Assembly: GCA_964447275.1 (NCBI GenBank)
Contig: CAYURI010000001.1
Coordinates: 2,164-66,163, forward strand
From: an uncultured Muribaculaceae bacterium
Lineage (GTDB): Bacteria > Bacillota_I > Bacilli_A > RF39 > UBA660
DNA length: 64,000 nucleotides
Direction of reading: 5' to 3'
The position numbers and the translations under genes are program-made. The notes beneath the pieces are model-generated. The model saw only the letters and a program-made list of their open reading frames with translations. It made no database searches and was not told where the DNA came from. Of the stretch, positions 43,054 to 52,043 are shown piece after piece; position 1 is the first letter of the stretch; every line of letters starts with the position of its first letter.

Positions 43054-43111
43054 ATTAAAATTATACATTAAAAAACTAAATAAAGGAAATTATTTAGTTT
43101 TTCTTATTTTA
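43054..43111. repeat. 58-bp direct repeat, copy 2 (encodes the lepB C-terminus and its stop)
   Basis: Same sequence as 42081..42138 with one A/G difference. Together the two copies bracket a 915-bp dinD-containing segment. Confidence 0.8.
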
Positions 43112-43581
43112 TTAAGTGGATATATAACTAAGTTAGTATATCCTTTAATATTAGATGCTTTTATTGGTCCAATGATTCTACTATCTTGGGATACTTCTCT
43201 ATTATCACCCATAACAAAGTATTCATCATCACTAAGAGTTACTTCTGTAAAATCAGCAGTTACTCCGTTACCATAATCATCTTCAATAGCTGCTCCATTA
43301 ATATGGATGTTACCATCTTCACATTTTATTTTTTCACCAGGTAGGCCAATAACTCTTTTTATTAAATAAGTATTACCATATTTAATAACAACGATTTGAA
43401 ATCTTTTATAACTAGTAAAATACTTAGTTATTTTAACCATAATCATTACTTCTTTAGAATTAAGAGTTGGGAGCATTGATGGCCCCGAAACTCTAACTGG
43501 TGTCGCAATAAACAATCTAATCAATATAACTGCCACAATAACAATTATATAAGGAAGTAGTTCCTTTAAAAATTTTACCAT
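43090..43581 (-). CDS. lepB: Signal peptidase I
   Basis: 163 aa. TM anchor, catalytic Ser box SGPSMLPTL, and Lys box / GDNREVSQDSR. Confidence 0.82.
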   Translation of the reverse strand: MVKFLKELLPYIIVIVAVILIRLFIATPVRVSGPSMLPTLNSKEVMIMVKITKYFTSYKRFQIVVIKYGNTYLIKRVIGLPGEKIKCEDGNIHINGAAIEDDYGNGVTADFTEVTLSDDEYFVMGDNREVSQDSRIIGPIKASNIKGYTNLVIYPLNKIRKTK

Positions 43582-43582
43582 T

Positions 43583-43921
43583 TTAGTTTCTTTCTTTAAT
43601 TTTATATTCTTTAAGCATACCTTTTAAGAAACCTAATTTAGCTCTTCTTACCATACCTTTTTTGATAACAGTAATTTTGCTAATAGTTGGAGCATGAACA
43701 GGAAATATTCTTACTACCCCAATACCAGCACTTTTTTTACGAACTGAAAATGTTTCTGATATTCCACCACTGTTTTTATCAACAACAACACCTTCAAATG
43801 CTTGGATTCTTTCTTTTTTGCCTTCTTTTACCCAAACATCTACTCTAACTGTGTCACCGACTCTAAAATCAGGGATGTCTTTTTTAAGTTGCTTCTTAGC
43901 GATTTTATCAACTAAATTCAT
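43583..43921 (-). CDS. rplS: 50S ribosomal protein L19
   Basis: MNLVDKIAKKQLKKDIPDFRVGDTVRV...; start assigned to the MNLV Met. trmD-rplS context. Confidence 0.85.
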   Translation of the reverse strand: MNLVDKIAKKQLKKDIPDFRVGDTVRVDVWVKEGKKERIQAFEGVVVDKNSGGISETFSVRKKSAGIGVVRIFPVHAPTISKITVIKKGMVRRAKLGFLKGMLKEYKIKERN

Positions 43922-44029
43922 ACGATCAATTCCTTTCTTATAATACATGTAATCTTATAATATATAGCGGATTACAACTTTTTGAAGCAAAATGATTGTA
44001 ACAAATTATCATTGAAAAAGCAAGTATTA

Positions 44030-44467
44030 TTACCTGCTTTTACCATAACTTTCTTCATTATTTAGTTGATATTCTCTAGCTAACATAATTTTTACTTTTA
44101 ATTCATTTTCTAATTGTTTAATTTTTTTTAAAAATGTGGCTTCTTTTTCATCTGATAAAAACTTTTGATATTTATGTTCAACAATACTTTTGAAACGTTT
44201 TAGTTCCCCTAGAACAACCGTTGCATCTCCATCAGTAGCATTATCATCATAAATTACTCGAAAAGCCTCCATCGCGATTTGTTTAAATAAAGTATTAAAC
44301 TTAATGGTTAAAATCTTATCAATCATCGAAGGATTAACAATTACTACTTCATTTACGGTAAGTGAAGACTCACTTTTATTTTTAGGTTTAAAAATATAAC
44401 CATTTAAATCATAATTTAAATAGACTATTTCTTGAGTTTTATCACTTTTTTTAATTAGATACCCCAT
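44030..44467 (-). CDS. Hypothetical protein inserted between trmD and rplS
   Basis: 145 aa with a C-terminal coiled coil (KKIKQLENELKVKI). No recognised motif. Confidence 0.3.
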   Translation of the reverse strand: MGYLIKKSDKTQEIVYLNYDLNGYIFKPKNKSESSLTVNEVVIVNPSMIDKILTIKFNTLFKQIAMEAFRVIYDDNATDGDATVVLGELKRFKSIVEHKYQKFLSDEKEATFLKKIKQLENELKVKIMLAREYQLNNEESYGKSR

Positions 44468-44475
44468 ATTTTCAC

Positions 44476-45138
44476 CTACTTTATTAAGTCTGGTCTTTTT
44501 TCTTCAGTCCTTTTTTTTCTTTCAGCATTTCGCCATAAAGCTATTTTTTCATGATTACCACTAAGTAGCACCTCTGGAACAGACATCCCTTTATATTCTC
44601 TTGGCTTAGTATATACTGGATAATCAAGTAAATTATCATTAAATGATTCACTATCTAAAGAATCGATAGTAATTACCCCAGGAATCAGTCTTACAATACT
44701 ATCAGTTATGGCCATAGCTGGGATTTCGCCACCAGTTAGAATATAATCGCCAATACTTATTTCTTCATCTACTAAAGATCTAATTCTCTCATCAAAGCCT
44801 TCATAATGACCACAAATAATTATTAAATGCTTTTTTAAAACTAATTTTTTAGCAATACCTTGATTATAAGTACTACCATCTGGAGTCATTAAAATAATAT
44901 ATGAATCTTTAGTCTTAATACTTTCTATACAATCGAAGATTGGTTCACACATTAGAACCATTCCTGATCCACCACCATAAGGTGTGTCATCAACTTGATG
45001 ATTATTAAATTTAGAAAAATCTCTAAAATTGATAATATTTATTTCCACTAAGCTTTTATCAACAGCTCTTTTAATAATTGATTCATTTAGAATATTTGTA
45101 AACATTTCAGGAAATAAAGATAAAATATCGATTTTCAT
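44476..45138 (-). CDS. trmD: tRNA (guanine37-N1)-methyltransferase TrmD
   Basis: MKIDILSLFPEMF N-terminus, the SPOUT knot motifs (LICGHYEGFDER, GGE) and the rimM-trmD order. Confidence 0.9.
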   Translation of the reverse strand: MKIDILSLFPEMFTNILNESIIKRAVDKSLVEINIINFRDFSKFNNHQVDDTPYGGGSGMVLMCEPIFDCIESIKTKDSYIILMTPDGSTYNQGIAKKLVLKKHLIIICGHYEGFDERIRSLVDEEISIGDYILTGGEIPAMAITDSIVRLIPGVITIDSLDSESFNDNLLDYPVYTKPREYKGMSVPEVLLSGNHEKIALWRNAERKKRTEEKRPDLIK

Positions 45139-45629
45139 AACACCAAATCCTTAGCATTTTTAGTATATACCTTTTTACTTATATTATCGACTTTTATAAT
45201 ATATTCATCTAAGAAAGGAATATAAAATTCTTTTTCACCATTTGCCTTAAGTAAAACTTGTTTACTATTATAAACAATATCGATGATTTTGCCAAGTGTT
45301 TTCTTATCTTCTACTATTTCAAAACCAATAATTTCTTGTAATAAATAATCACTATCTTTTAATTCTAAATCTTTTCTTTTGATATAAACGTATTTACCTT
45401 TATATTTTAAGACGTCATCAATATTATTGTTATTTTCTAAAATAACCATATCAAACATCTTATGAGGGCGATAACTAACTATTTTAACTTCTTCTTTTTC
45501 TTTACCAATATAAATTAAAGTATTAGGTTTAAAAACTTTAGCTTTTAGTTCAAAATCACTAATTATTTTAATTTCTCCCTTTAAGCCATGAGTATTAACT
45601 ATTTTACCAATTAAAACTTCATCATTCAT
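45135..45629 (-). CDS. rimM: 16S rRNA processing protein RimM
   Basis: IGKIVNTHGLKGEIKI is the RimM N-terminal motif. A PRC-barrel lies in the C-terminus. Confidence 0.8.
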   Translation of the reverse strand: MNDEVLIGKIVNTHGLKGEIKIISDFELKAKVFKPNTLIYIGKEKEEVKIVSYRPHKMFDMVILENNNNIDDVLKYKGKYVYIKRKDLELKDSDYLLQEIIGFEIVEDKKTLGKIIDIVYNSKQVLLKANGEKEFYIPFLDEYIIKVDNISKKVYTKNAKDLVL

Positions 45630-45631
45630 TA

Positions 45632-46384
45632 TTAATCCCCTAACTCATACATTAAAATACTAGCTGCTATACCTACATTTAAGCTTTCACAATCAGGATT
45701 CATTTTAATGTTTACTAATTTGTCACAATCTGCTAGTAAATCTTCATCAATTCCATTGCCTTCATTACCAACGATTAAAGCAAGTTTATCATTTTTAACT
45801 TTTTTAACATCAATACCTTCTTTAACATCAGTACCAACAATTAAATATTCTTTTTCTTTTAATTCATAAATATATTCTTTTATGTTTCTTCTAATAATAT
45901 TGATATTAAATAGCATTCCTTCGCTAGCTCTTACGACTTTTTCATTATAAATATCAACTGTATTATCTCCTAAAACAACTGTTTTAAAATTAAAAGCTAA
46001 AGCACTACGGATTATTGTCCCTAAATTACCGGGATTTTGAATACCATCTAATAAAATAATTTTAGGAGTTATCTCACTACTATCTAGTTTTCTACATACA
46101 GCCATGACATTGGGAGGTGTTGTTAATGAAGATAACTTTTTCATCACATTTAAAGAAACATTATAATGAGGAATATCTTCATTATAAACTGATTCATCAG
46201 TAACAATAATTTCTTCGACAGCATTATTCTTTAAAGCTTCTAATAAAAGATGTCCACCCTCAATTAAAAACTTAGAACTAAGATCACGATATTTTTTATC
46301 TTTTAATTTAGCCCAATTAATTATTCTTTTATTATCTATTGAAGTAATATTCTCCATATTATTCACCTCTTCATATTTTATCAT
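45632..46384 (-). CDS. TrmH/SpoU-family RNA 2'-O-methyltransferase (RlmB-like)
   Basis: SPOUT motifs LDGIQNPGNLGTIIRSA, LIVGNEGNGI and NVGIAASI. Confidence 0.7.
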   Translation of the reverse strand: MIKYEEVNNMENITSIDNKRIINWAKLKDKKYRDLSSKFLIEGGHLLLEALKNNAVEEIIVTDESVYNEDIPHYNVSLNVMKKLSSLTTPPNVMAVCRKLDSSEITPKIILLDGIQNPGNLGTIIRSALAFNFKTVVLGDNTVDIYNEKVVRASEGMLFNINIIRRNIKEYIYELKEKEYLIVGTDVKEGIDVKKVKNDKLALIVGNEGNGIDEDLLADCDKLVNIKMNPDCESLNVGIAASILMYELGD

Positions 46385-46387
46385 ATT

Positions 46388-47026
46388 TTATACTTCTTTT
46401 AACATTTTTCTAGCCACTTTATAATAAGGATAATGAGTACTAACAAGTGCCCAAAAGCTCTTAGAATGATTAGGATGATATAAATGGCTTATTTCATGAA
46501 CAACAACATAATCAATTAAAGACATATCCTTTTTTAATAATTCGGTATTTAAAGTAATGATTTTATCTTTAATATTACAAACTCCCCAACGAGTTTTCAT
46601 TTTTCTTAAACGCAATGAGAAATTTGGTAAATTAACAAAATTCATTTTTTTTGTATTAACTCTATTATTAAATATTTCTAAACATTTATTTAAATAAAAC
46701 TTATCTAACATTTTATCATCTTTAGTATATACTTCGTTACCTTCAAAATATACTTGTTTGATTTTAGCATCATAAATAACATTATATTTTTCACCTAAAT
46801 AAATAAAATAAGCATTACTATCTAGTTCTTTTATTTTATGATTATACATTTTTAAAATAATATCTTTTTTCTCATTAATAATTCTTTTTATTTCATTATC
46901 ATTAACCCATTTATTAACGGTGATTAAAAGATTAGAATTTTCATCAATACGAAAATACATATTCTTAATACTTTTTCTTACTACGATAACTTTTATATTA
47001 TTACCATTGATATTTATATTCATCAT
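46388..47026 (-). CDS. YgjP/DUF45-family metal-dependent hydrolase
   Basis: The C-terminal VVVHEISHLYHPNHSKSFW motif (HExxH...H..F) matches DUF45/SprT-like. Confidence 0.55.
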   Translation of the reverse strand: MMNININGNNIKVIVVRKSIKNMYFRIDENSNLLITVNKWVNDNEIKRIINEKKDIILKMYNHKIKELDSNAYFIYLGEKYNVIYDAKIKQVYFEGNEVYTKDDKMLDKFYLNKCLEIFNNRVNTKKMNFVNLPNFSLRLRKMKTRWGVCNIKDKIITLNTELLKKDMSLIDYVVVHEISHLYHPNHSKSFWALVSTHYPYYKVARKMLKEV

Positions 47027-47070
47027 ATCACCAAATTAATTATATCAAAAAAAGAGACTTTCGTCTCCTT

Positions 47071-48933
47071 TTAAAATCTTCCACCACCGGAGCCGCCGCC
47101 ACCAAAACCACCGCCACCAAATGATGAACCGCCACCAAAGCCACCTGAACTACTTTGGGCTGATTTAGCAATTGCTGATGTAACAGACTCTGTAACTGCA
47201 CTACTTATCGCGTGAGATATTTGCGAATTCATATTCATATAATATAGTGGCATGAAGGTGTTGTGATAAATCTTTCCTTCCGGATCAATTTCATGAATTT
47301 TAACATTCATCGCTTTTTCAACTTTATCAGCAACACCAAATACTACTGCATAGACTAAATATCTTTCCCATAATTTAACCTCTGGCAAATCTTTTTCTTT
47401 AAAATTACCAAAATCATTTAAGAACTTTTTAAAAGCTTTCCATTTAGTATAATGTTCAGCGCCTCTTTTTGTTCTTCTTTTAAAAGCAATCATATAAATG
47501 AACAAAATAAGAGCAACTGGAAACAATAAATAACCAAAAACGATATCAGTTTGATAATAAAGATTTAAATAAAATAATCCACCACCTAAGAAAGCATATA
47601 AGACGCCAAAGAATTTTGGTTTAACTAAGTCTTCATAAAATTTTTGACTTTTGCCATCAACAATAACTGAATTTTTCCAAGTTGTATAATTTGATAAGAA
47701 AGTTTGTGATTTTGTTCCTTTTGCATAATCTTTTAATTCTCTTAAAGTAAATCGGTCTCCTGTCCCTACTTTATCAAAAAGAAAACTAATTAACTTCTTT
47801 TCAGTATCAGTAATTCCTTCATTAGATTTTAAAATAAATATATAAGATTCTTTATTTTTATCCATAATTTTTTCGATTTCAATTTTCTTTTTATAAATTA
47901 AATTCATTATAGAAGCGCTCATGGCATTAGGAGTAATACTTTTATTAAATAAATAATCAACTACTTCAACTTCATAATCATCAATAAATTCACGATAATA
48001 GTCACCATTAAAATCAATCTTATATTCTTTATCATATTTAAAATAATATCTTACAGCGATTGCAATTGCTCCAAGTAAATAACCACCAAATAAGATAGTA
48101 AGAATTGTATATTTAGTTTTGATGCTTTGTCTTAATTCATTGGCTTTATCTGCACGAACTTTTTCAACTGCTAAAATATTAGCTAACCCATCGACATTAG
48201 ATCTTTTGTTAGCATCACTAACTAAGGCTTTATCAAATACTACTCTAACATCAACTGCTTGTTTAGCAGGTAAATTAGTCCATATAGCTTTTACTTCACC
48301 TTGATTAACTATCTCATTTGAACCATTTAAAGGTCCATGAGAAAATACTCTTAAATCACTACTATTACCTGGTAACTTTATGACAATAATTAATTCATTT
48401 ATATCATCTTCATAATCACTACCAAGAAAATCCCAAGCTATTTCAGCAACATCATTATGAAGTACTACAACATCTTTTAAAGTATAAGTTACCAAAGAAG
48501 CTTTATTATTATAACTAGGCATATAAATTGATAAATCAACCCCAGTAGAACTAGCTTCTTCCAAGTAAACACCATAATCACCAACATTAGCACTAGATGT
48601 TTTTGTAAATAAAGTTCCGCGATCAGTAATACCATCAAAGCTTAAATCATCAGCACTTATAGCATAAACTTTAACATCTTCTATAGCGGTCGCATTATAT
48701 ATAGAGCTCCCATCAAAATCATCTTGAACGCCGGTAAAAGTTTGCAAAGCATAATTGGTATATCTTAAATTAGTGTATATACCATTATACTCACCTTCTA
48801 ATAGTTTTAATTCCTTAACTTCCATATCACCATTAGCTTTTACTGTGGCTTCAATATAATATCTATCAGTCGTACTAGCATGAACAGTAATTGGAAACAA
48901 TAAAAGTACAAAAAACAAGATTATCTTTTTCAT
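47071..48933 (-). CDS. DUF2207-like membrane protein with Gly-rich C-terminal tail
   Basis: 620 aa. Signal/TM, large extracellular domain, two internal TM helices and a terminal GGGSSFGGGGFGGGGSGGGRF tract, an architecture typical of DUF2207. Confidence 0.5.
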   Translation of the reverse strand: MKKIILFFVLLLFPITVHASTTDRYYIEATVKANGDMEVKELKLLEGEYNGIYTNLRYTNYALQTFTGVQDDFDGSSIYNATAIEDVKVYAISADDLSFDGITDRGTLFTKTSSANVGDYGVYLEEASSTGVDLSIYMPSYNNKASLVTYTLKDVVVLHNDVAEIAWDFLGSDYEDDINELIIVIKLPGNSSDLRVFSHGPLNGSNEIVNQGEVKAIWTNLPAKQAVDVRVVFDKALVSDANKRSNVDGLANILAVEKVRADKANELRQSIKTKYTILTILFGGYLLGAIAIAVRYYFKYDKEYKIDFNGDYYREFIDDYEVEVVDYLFNKSITPNAMSASIMNLIYKKKIEIEKIMDKNKESYIFILKSNEGITDTEKKLISFLFDKVGTGDRFTLRELKDYAKGTKSQTFLSNYTTWKNSVIVDGKSQKFYEDLVKPKFFGVLYAFLGGGLFYLNLYYQTDIVFGYLLFPVALILFIYMIAFKRRTKRGAEHYTKWKAFKKFLNDFGNFKEKDLPEVKLWERYLVYAVVFGVADKVEKAMNVKIHEIDPEGKIYHNTFMPLYYMNMNSQISHAISSAVTESVTSAIAKSAQSSSGGFGGGSSFGGGGFGGGGSGGGRF

Positions 48934-49009
48934 AAAAAACTCTCCTCTACTTCTAAATTAATTTTAACATTTTTTATAGTAAAGATAAATAATTATTAAA
49001 AAACAATCT

Positions 49010-49441
49010 TTAAAGATTGTTTTGATATTCTAGAATGGCTTTTCTTAACCCCATATAAGGTAGTAGTGCGCATCTTTTTCTATTTTGTTGTTTATATATC
49101 TCGTCATAGACATTAGCTTCTTTTAAGATATCTTTATTATAAGGTAACTCATTAATCATATTTTCATAGTTGTTAATAAACTCTAAGGCTTCATTAATGC
49201 TTTTACCTAATAAAGATTTAATCATAATCGATGTTGCTGATGTTGTTATCGCACATGCTTCACCATCAAAATAAAAGTCTTTAATAAGATCATTTTCAAT
49301 TTTAATAAATAAATCAATATTATCGATACAAGACTCATTATTAGAATTGACTTTTATATAAGTTTTATCATCAATTGTTTTTTTATTAAAAGGGTGAGCA
49401 TTATATTCTAAAATTATTTCTCTTTTTACTTCGTCATTCAT
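49010..49441 (-). CDS. sufU: SUF Fe-S scaffold SufU (NifU N-terminal-like)
   Basis: 143 aa with the three conserved Cys (NESCID, GEACAITTSATS, RKRCALL). It follows sufS. Confidence 0.7.
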   Translation of the reverse strand: MNDEVKREIILEYNAHPFNKKTIDDKTYIKVNSNNESCIDNIDLFIKIENDLIKDFYFDGEACAITTSATSIMIKSLLGKSINEALEFINNYENMINELPYNKDILKEANVYDEIYKQQNRKRCALLPYMGLRKAILEYQNNL

Positions 49442-50637
49442 TATAGCATCTCTTTTTCTATCTTAGCTTTATCACTAATAAGACTTATAAACCTATCAAT
49501 TTCTTCCTTAGTATTATAAAAATATAAACTTAATCTTAAAGTATTAACTACTCTTATTTCATCTTTTAAAATCTTCGCACAATGATTACCTGATCTAACA
49601 CAAATATGATGTTTATTTAAGTAAAAAGCCACATCTTGACTAAATATTCCTTCAATATTAAAAGCAATAATACTTGAATTGGCATTTTTGTTAATAATAT
49701 TTACATGATTAATTTTATTCAATTCACTTATTAAATAATCTCTTAGGTCTCTTACATGATTTTCAATATTATTAATTCCAATCTTACTAATATATTCAAT
49801 TGCTTTCCCAAAACCAATTACAGAAGCAATATTAGGGGTACCTGCTTCTAATCTAGTTGGAAGTTCTTTTAATAAAAACATTCCATCAGTACTAAATGAT
49901 TCATTCATCCCACCACCTAGATTAACTGGATTTATTTCTTTTAATAAATCTTCTTTCGCATATAAAACACCAACCCCGGTTGGTCCACACATCTTATGAG
50001 CCGAAAATGCTAAGAAATCAATATCTAACTTTCTAACATCAACTTTAATATGAGGAACACTTTGAGCGCCATCAATAACAACTAATACTCCTAAAGAATG
50101 GGCATAATTAATTATGGCTTCTAAAGGACGAATGTCCCCTATGACATTAGTTATATGAGCAATTGATATAACTTTGGTATTAGGAGTTATAGCTTTTTTA
50201 ACATTTTCAAGCATTACTTCATAATTATTATCTAAAGGAATATAACTTACTTTAATATTATTATTTTTAATTAATCTAAACCACGGTAAAACATTTGAAG
50301 CATGTTCACTTTTAGTAATTAAAACTTCATCACCATTTTTTAAATGATTTTTAAAGTATCCTTCAACTATTAAATTTAAAGATTCAGTTGTCCCACTAGT
50401 AAAAATTATTTCACTATCTTTAGCGGCATTAATGAATTCTTTAACTAAATGACGAACATTTTCATATTCAGTATCAGCTTTATAAGACATATCATAATCG
50501 CCTCTTTTAACATTAGAAGGATAACAATTATAATATTCATTCATCTTTTCAATTACTGCTTTTGGCTTTAAAGATGTTGCGGCATTATCAAAATAAATTA
50601 AATCGCTATTTAATATTTCAAAATCTTCTCTATACAT
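49441..50637 (-). CDS. sufS: Cysteine desulfurase SufS
   Basis: 398 aa class-V aminotransferase. PLP-Lys region SAHKMCGPTGVGVLY and active-site Cys in RSGNHCA. Confidence 0.85.
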   Translation of the reverse strand: MYREDFEILNSDLIYFDNAATSLKPKAVIEKMNEYYNCYPSNVKRGDYDMSYKADTEYENVRHLVKEFINAAKDSEIIFTSGTTESLNLIVEGYFKNHLKNGDEVLITKSEHASNVLPWFRLIKNNNIKVSYIPLDNNYEVMLENVKKAITPNTKVISIAHITNVIGDIRPLEAIINYAHSLGVLVVIDGAQSVPHIKVDVRKLDIDFLAFSAHKMCGPTGVGVLYAKEDLLKEINPVNLGGGMNESFSTDGMFLLKELPTRLEAGTPNIASVIGFGKAIEYISKIGINNIENHVRDLRDYLISELNKINHVNIINKNANSSIIAFNIEGIFSQDVAFYLNKHHICVRSGNHCAKILKDEIRVVNTLRLSLYFYNTKEEIDRFISLISDKAKIEKEML

Positions 50638-50646
50638 ATATTCCTC

Positions 50647-51249
50647 CTAACTGTTTAAAAATCCTTCTTTAATAAGCTTTATGGCTTTTTTTTCACTTAT
50701 CCCTTTACTCATTAAATAAAATAAACTTGCTTTATCAATCATCTTACAAGTAGTGTTATGGTTAGCCATAATATTATTAGTACTAACTTGTAAATTAGGT
50801 TTAATTATACTTTCTTCATTATTTAATTTTAATACTTTTATTTCTTCATTAATTTCATTATTAATCGTATGTTTTTTTACAATAGCATTAGCTTCAATAT
50901 AAGTTGTTCCTTTTTTTGAAGTTACACCCCGAATACAAAGATAATTTTTAATATTATTACCATTTAAATTACTTAAGATATTTATTTTGCATGGTTTTAA
51001 ACATTCAAAGTTATAATGATAATTTAAAGTAGCATTATCTTCAATATTAATTATCATATTAATGTTACTAGCAAAATTTTTATTAAAATTATAATAATCT
51101 AAACTACTATCTTTGGTAATATTTATTACATAATTAGCATCGATTTTAGTATTTAATTCTTTAATTACAACATTACCAGTAATATTTATAACTTGATCTT
51201 TAGTAGCTAATAAACTTACTTCTTCATCTTTAAAAAACAGTGTTTTCAT
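50647..51249 (-). CDS. sufD: Short SufD-like (SufBD beta-helix) protein
   Basis: About 200 aa containing only the SufB/D beta-helix core and the C-terminal KASLFYLMSKGISEKKAIKLI motif. The start is likely MKTLFF (51249) rather than the ORF-track start at 51309, which overlaps sufC. Confidence 0.5.
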   Translation of the reverse strand: MKTLFFKDEEVSLLATKDQVINITGNVVIKELNTKIDANYVINITKDSSLDYYNFNKNFASNINMIINIEDNATLNYHYNFECLKPCKINILSNLNGNNIKNYLCIRGVTSKKGTTYIEANAIVKKHTINNEINEEIKVLKLNNEESIIKPNLQVSTNNIMANHNTTCKMIDKASLFYLMSKGISEKKAIKLIKEGFLNS

Positions 51250-51250
51250 T

Positions 51251-52009
51251 TTACTTATTCTCACTTGCAGTAAACTCTTTGTAAATATCTGTAAAGCCAT
51301 GTTTTTCAATTTCCACTGCTAATTTATAAGAACCAGTTTTAATAATTTTTTTATCTTTTAAAATATGAACATAATCAGGTTTAATATATTTTAATATTTG
51401 CGTATGATGGGTAATTATTAAGAGAGAAGCTTGATACTTTTTTAAATAATCTTTTAGTGAATTAGCCACTACTTTTAAAGCATCAACATCTAAACCAGAA
51501 TCAATTTCATCTAAAATAATTAATTTAGGTTTTAAAACCCACATATGAAGAAGCTCATTTTTCTTTCTTTCGCCACCACTCATGCCTTCATTAATACCAC
51601 GATGAATAAATTCTTCGGGAAGTTTTAGCATTTCACAAATCGTTTTTAGTTCTTCATTGAAAGTAAAGATGGGAATATTTTCGCCTTTAATATCAGAAAG
51701 CGCTGTTCTAAGCATTGAAGCATTAGATACACCTTCTATTTCCATTGGGTTTTGATTAATTAAATAAAGACCCATTCTACTTCTTTCGGTTGGATTTAAA
51801 GCCAAAATATTTTTATCTAAAAAGTTCATGCTACCATTTGTAACTTTATAAGAGGAGTCACCAAGAATGACTTTACATATAGTGCTTTTACCAACACCAT
51901 TAGGTCCCATGATAGCATGGATCTCATTTTGTTTAATATGTAAATTAAAATCAGTTAATATTAAGTTGTCATTTATTTTAACACTTAAATTATCAATTTT
52001 TAACATCAT
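51251..52009 (-). CDS. sufC: Fe-S cluster assembly ATPase SufC
   Basis: Walker A GPNGVGKST, ABC signature MSGGERK, Walker B LIILDEIDSGLD and the suf operon context. The start is at an internal Met (MMLKIDNLSV). Confidence 0.85.
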   Translation of the reverse strand: MMLKIDNLSVKINDNLILTDFNLHIKQNEIHAIMGPNGVGKSTICKVILGDSSYKVTNGSMNFLDKNILALNPTERSRMGLYLINQNPMEIEGVSNASMLRTALSDIKGENIPIFTFNEELKTICEMLKLPEEFIHRGINEGMSGGERKKNELLHMWVLKPKLIILDEIDSGLDVDALKVVANSLKDYLKKYQASLLIITHHTQILKYIKPDYVHILKDKKIIKTGSYKLAVEIEKHGFTDIYKEFTASENK

Positions 52010-52043
52010 AATTCCTCTTTTCTGGGCTTTATCATAGCACAAA

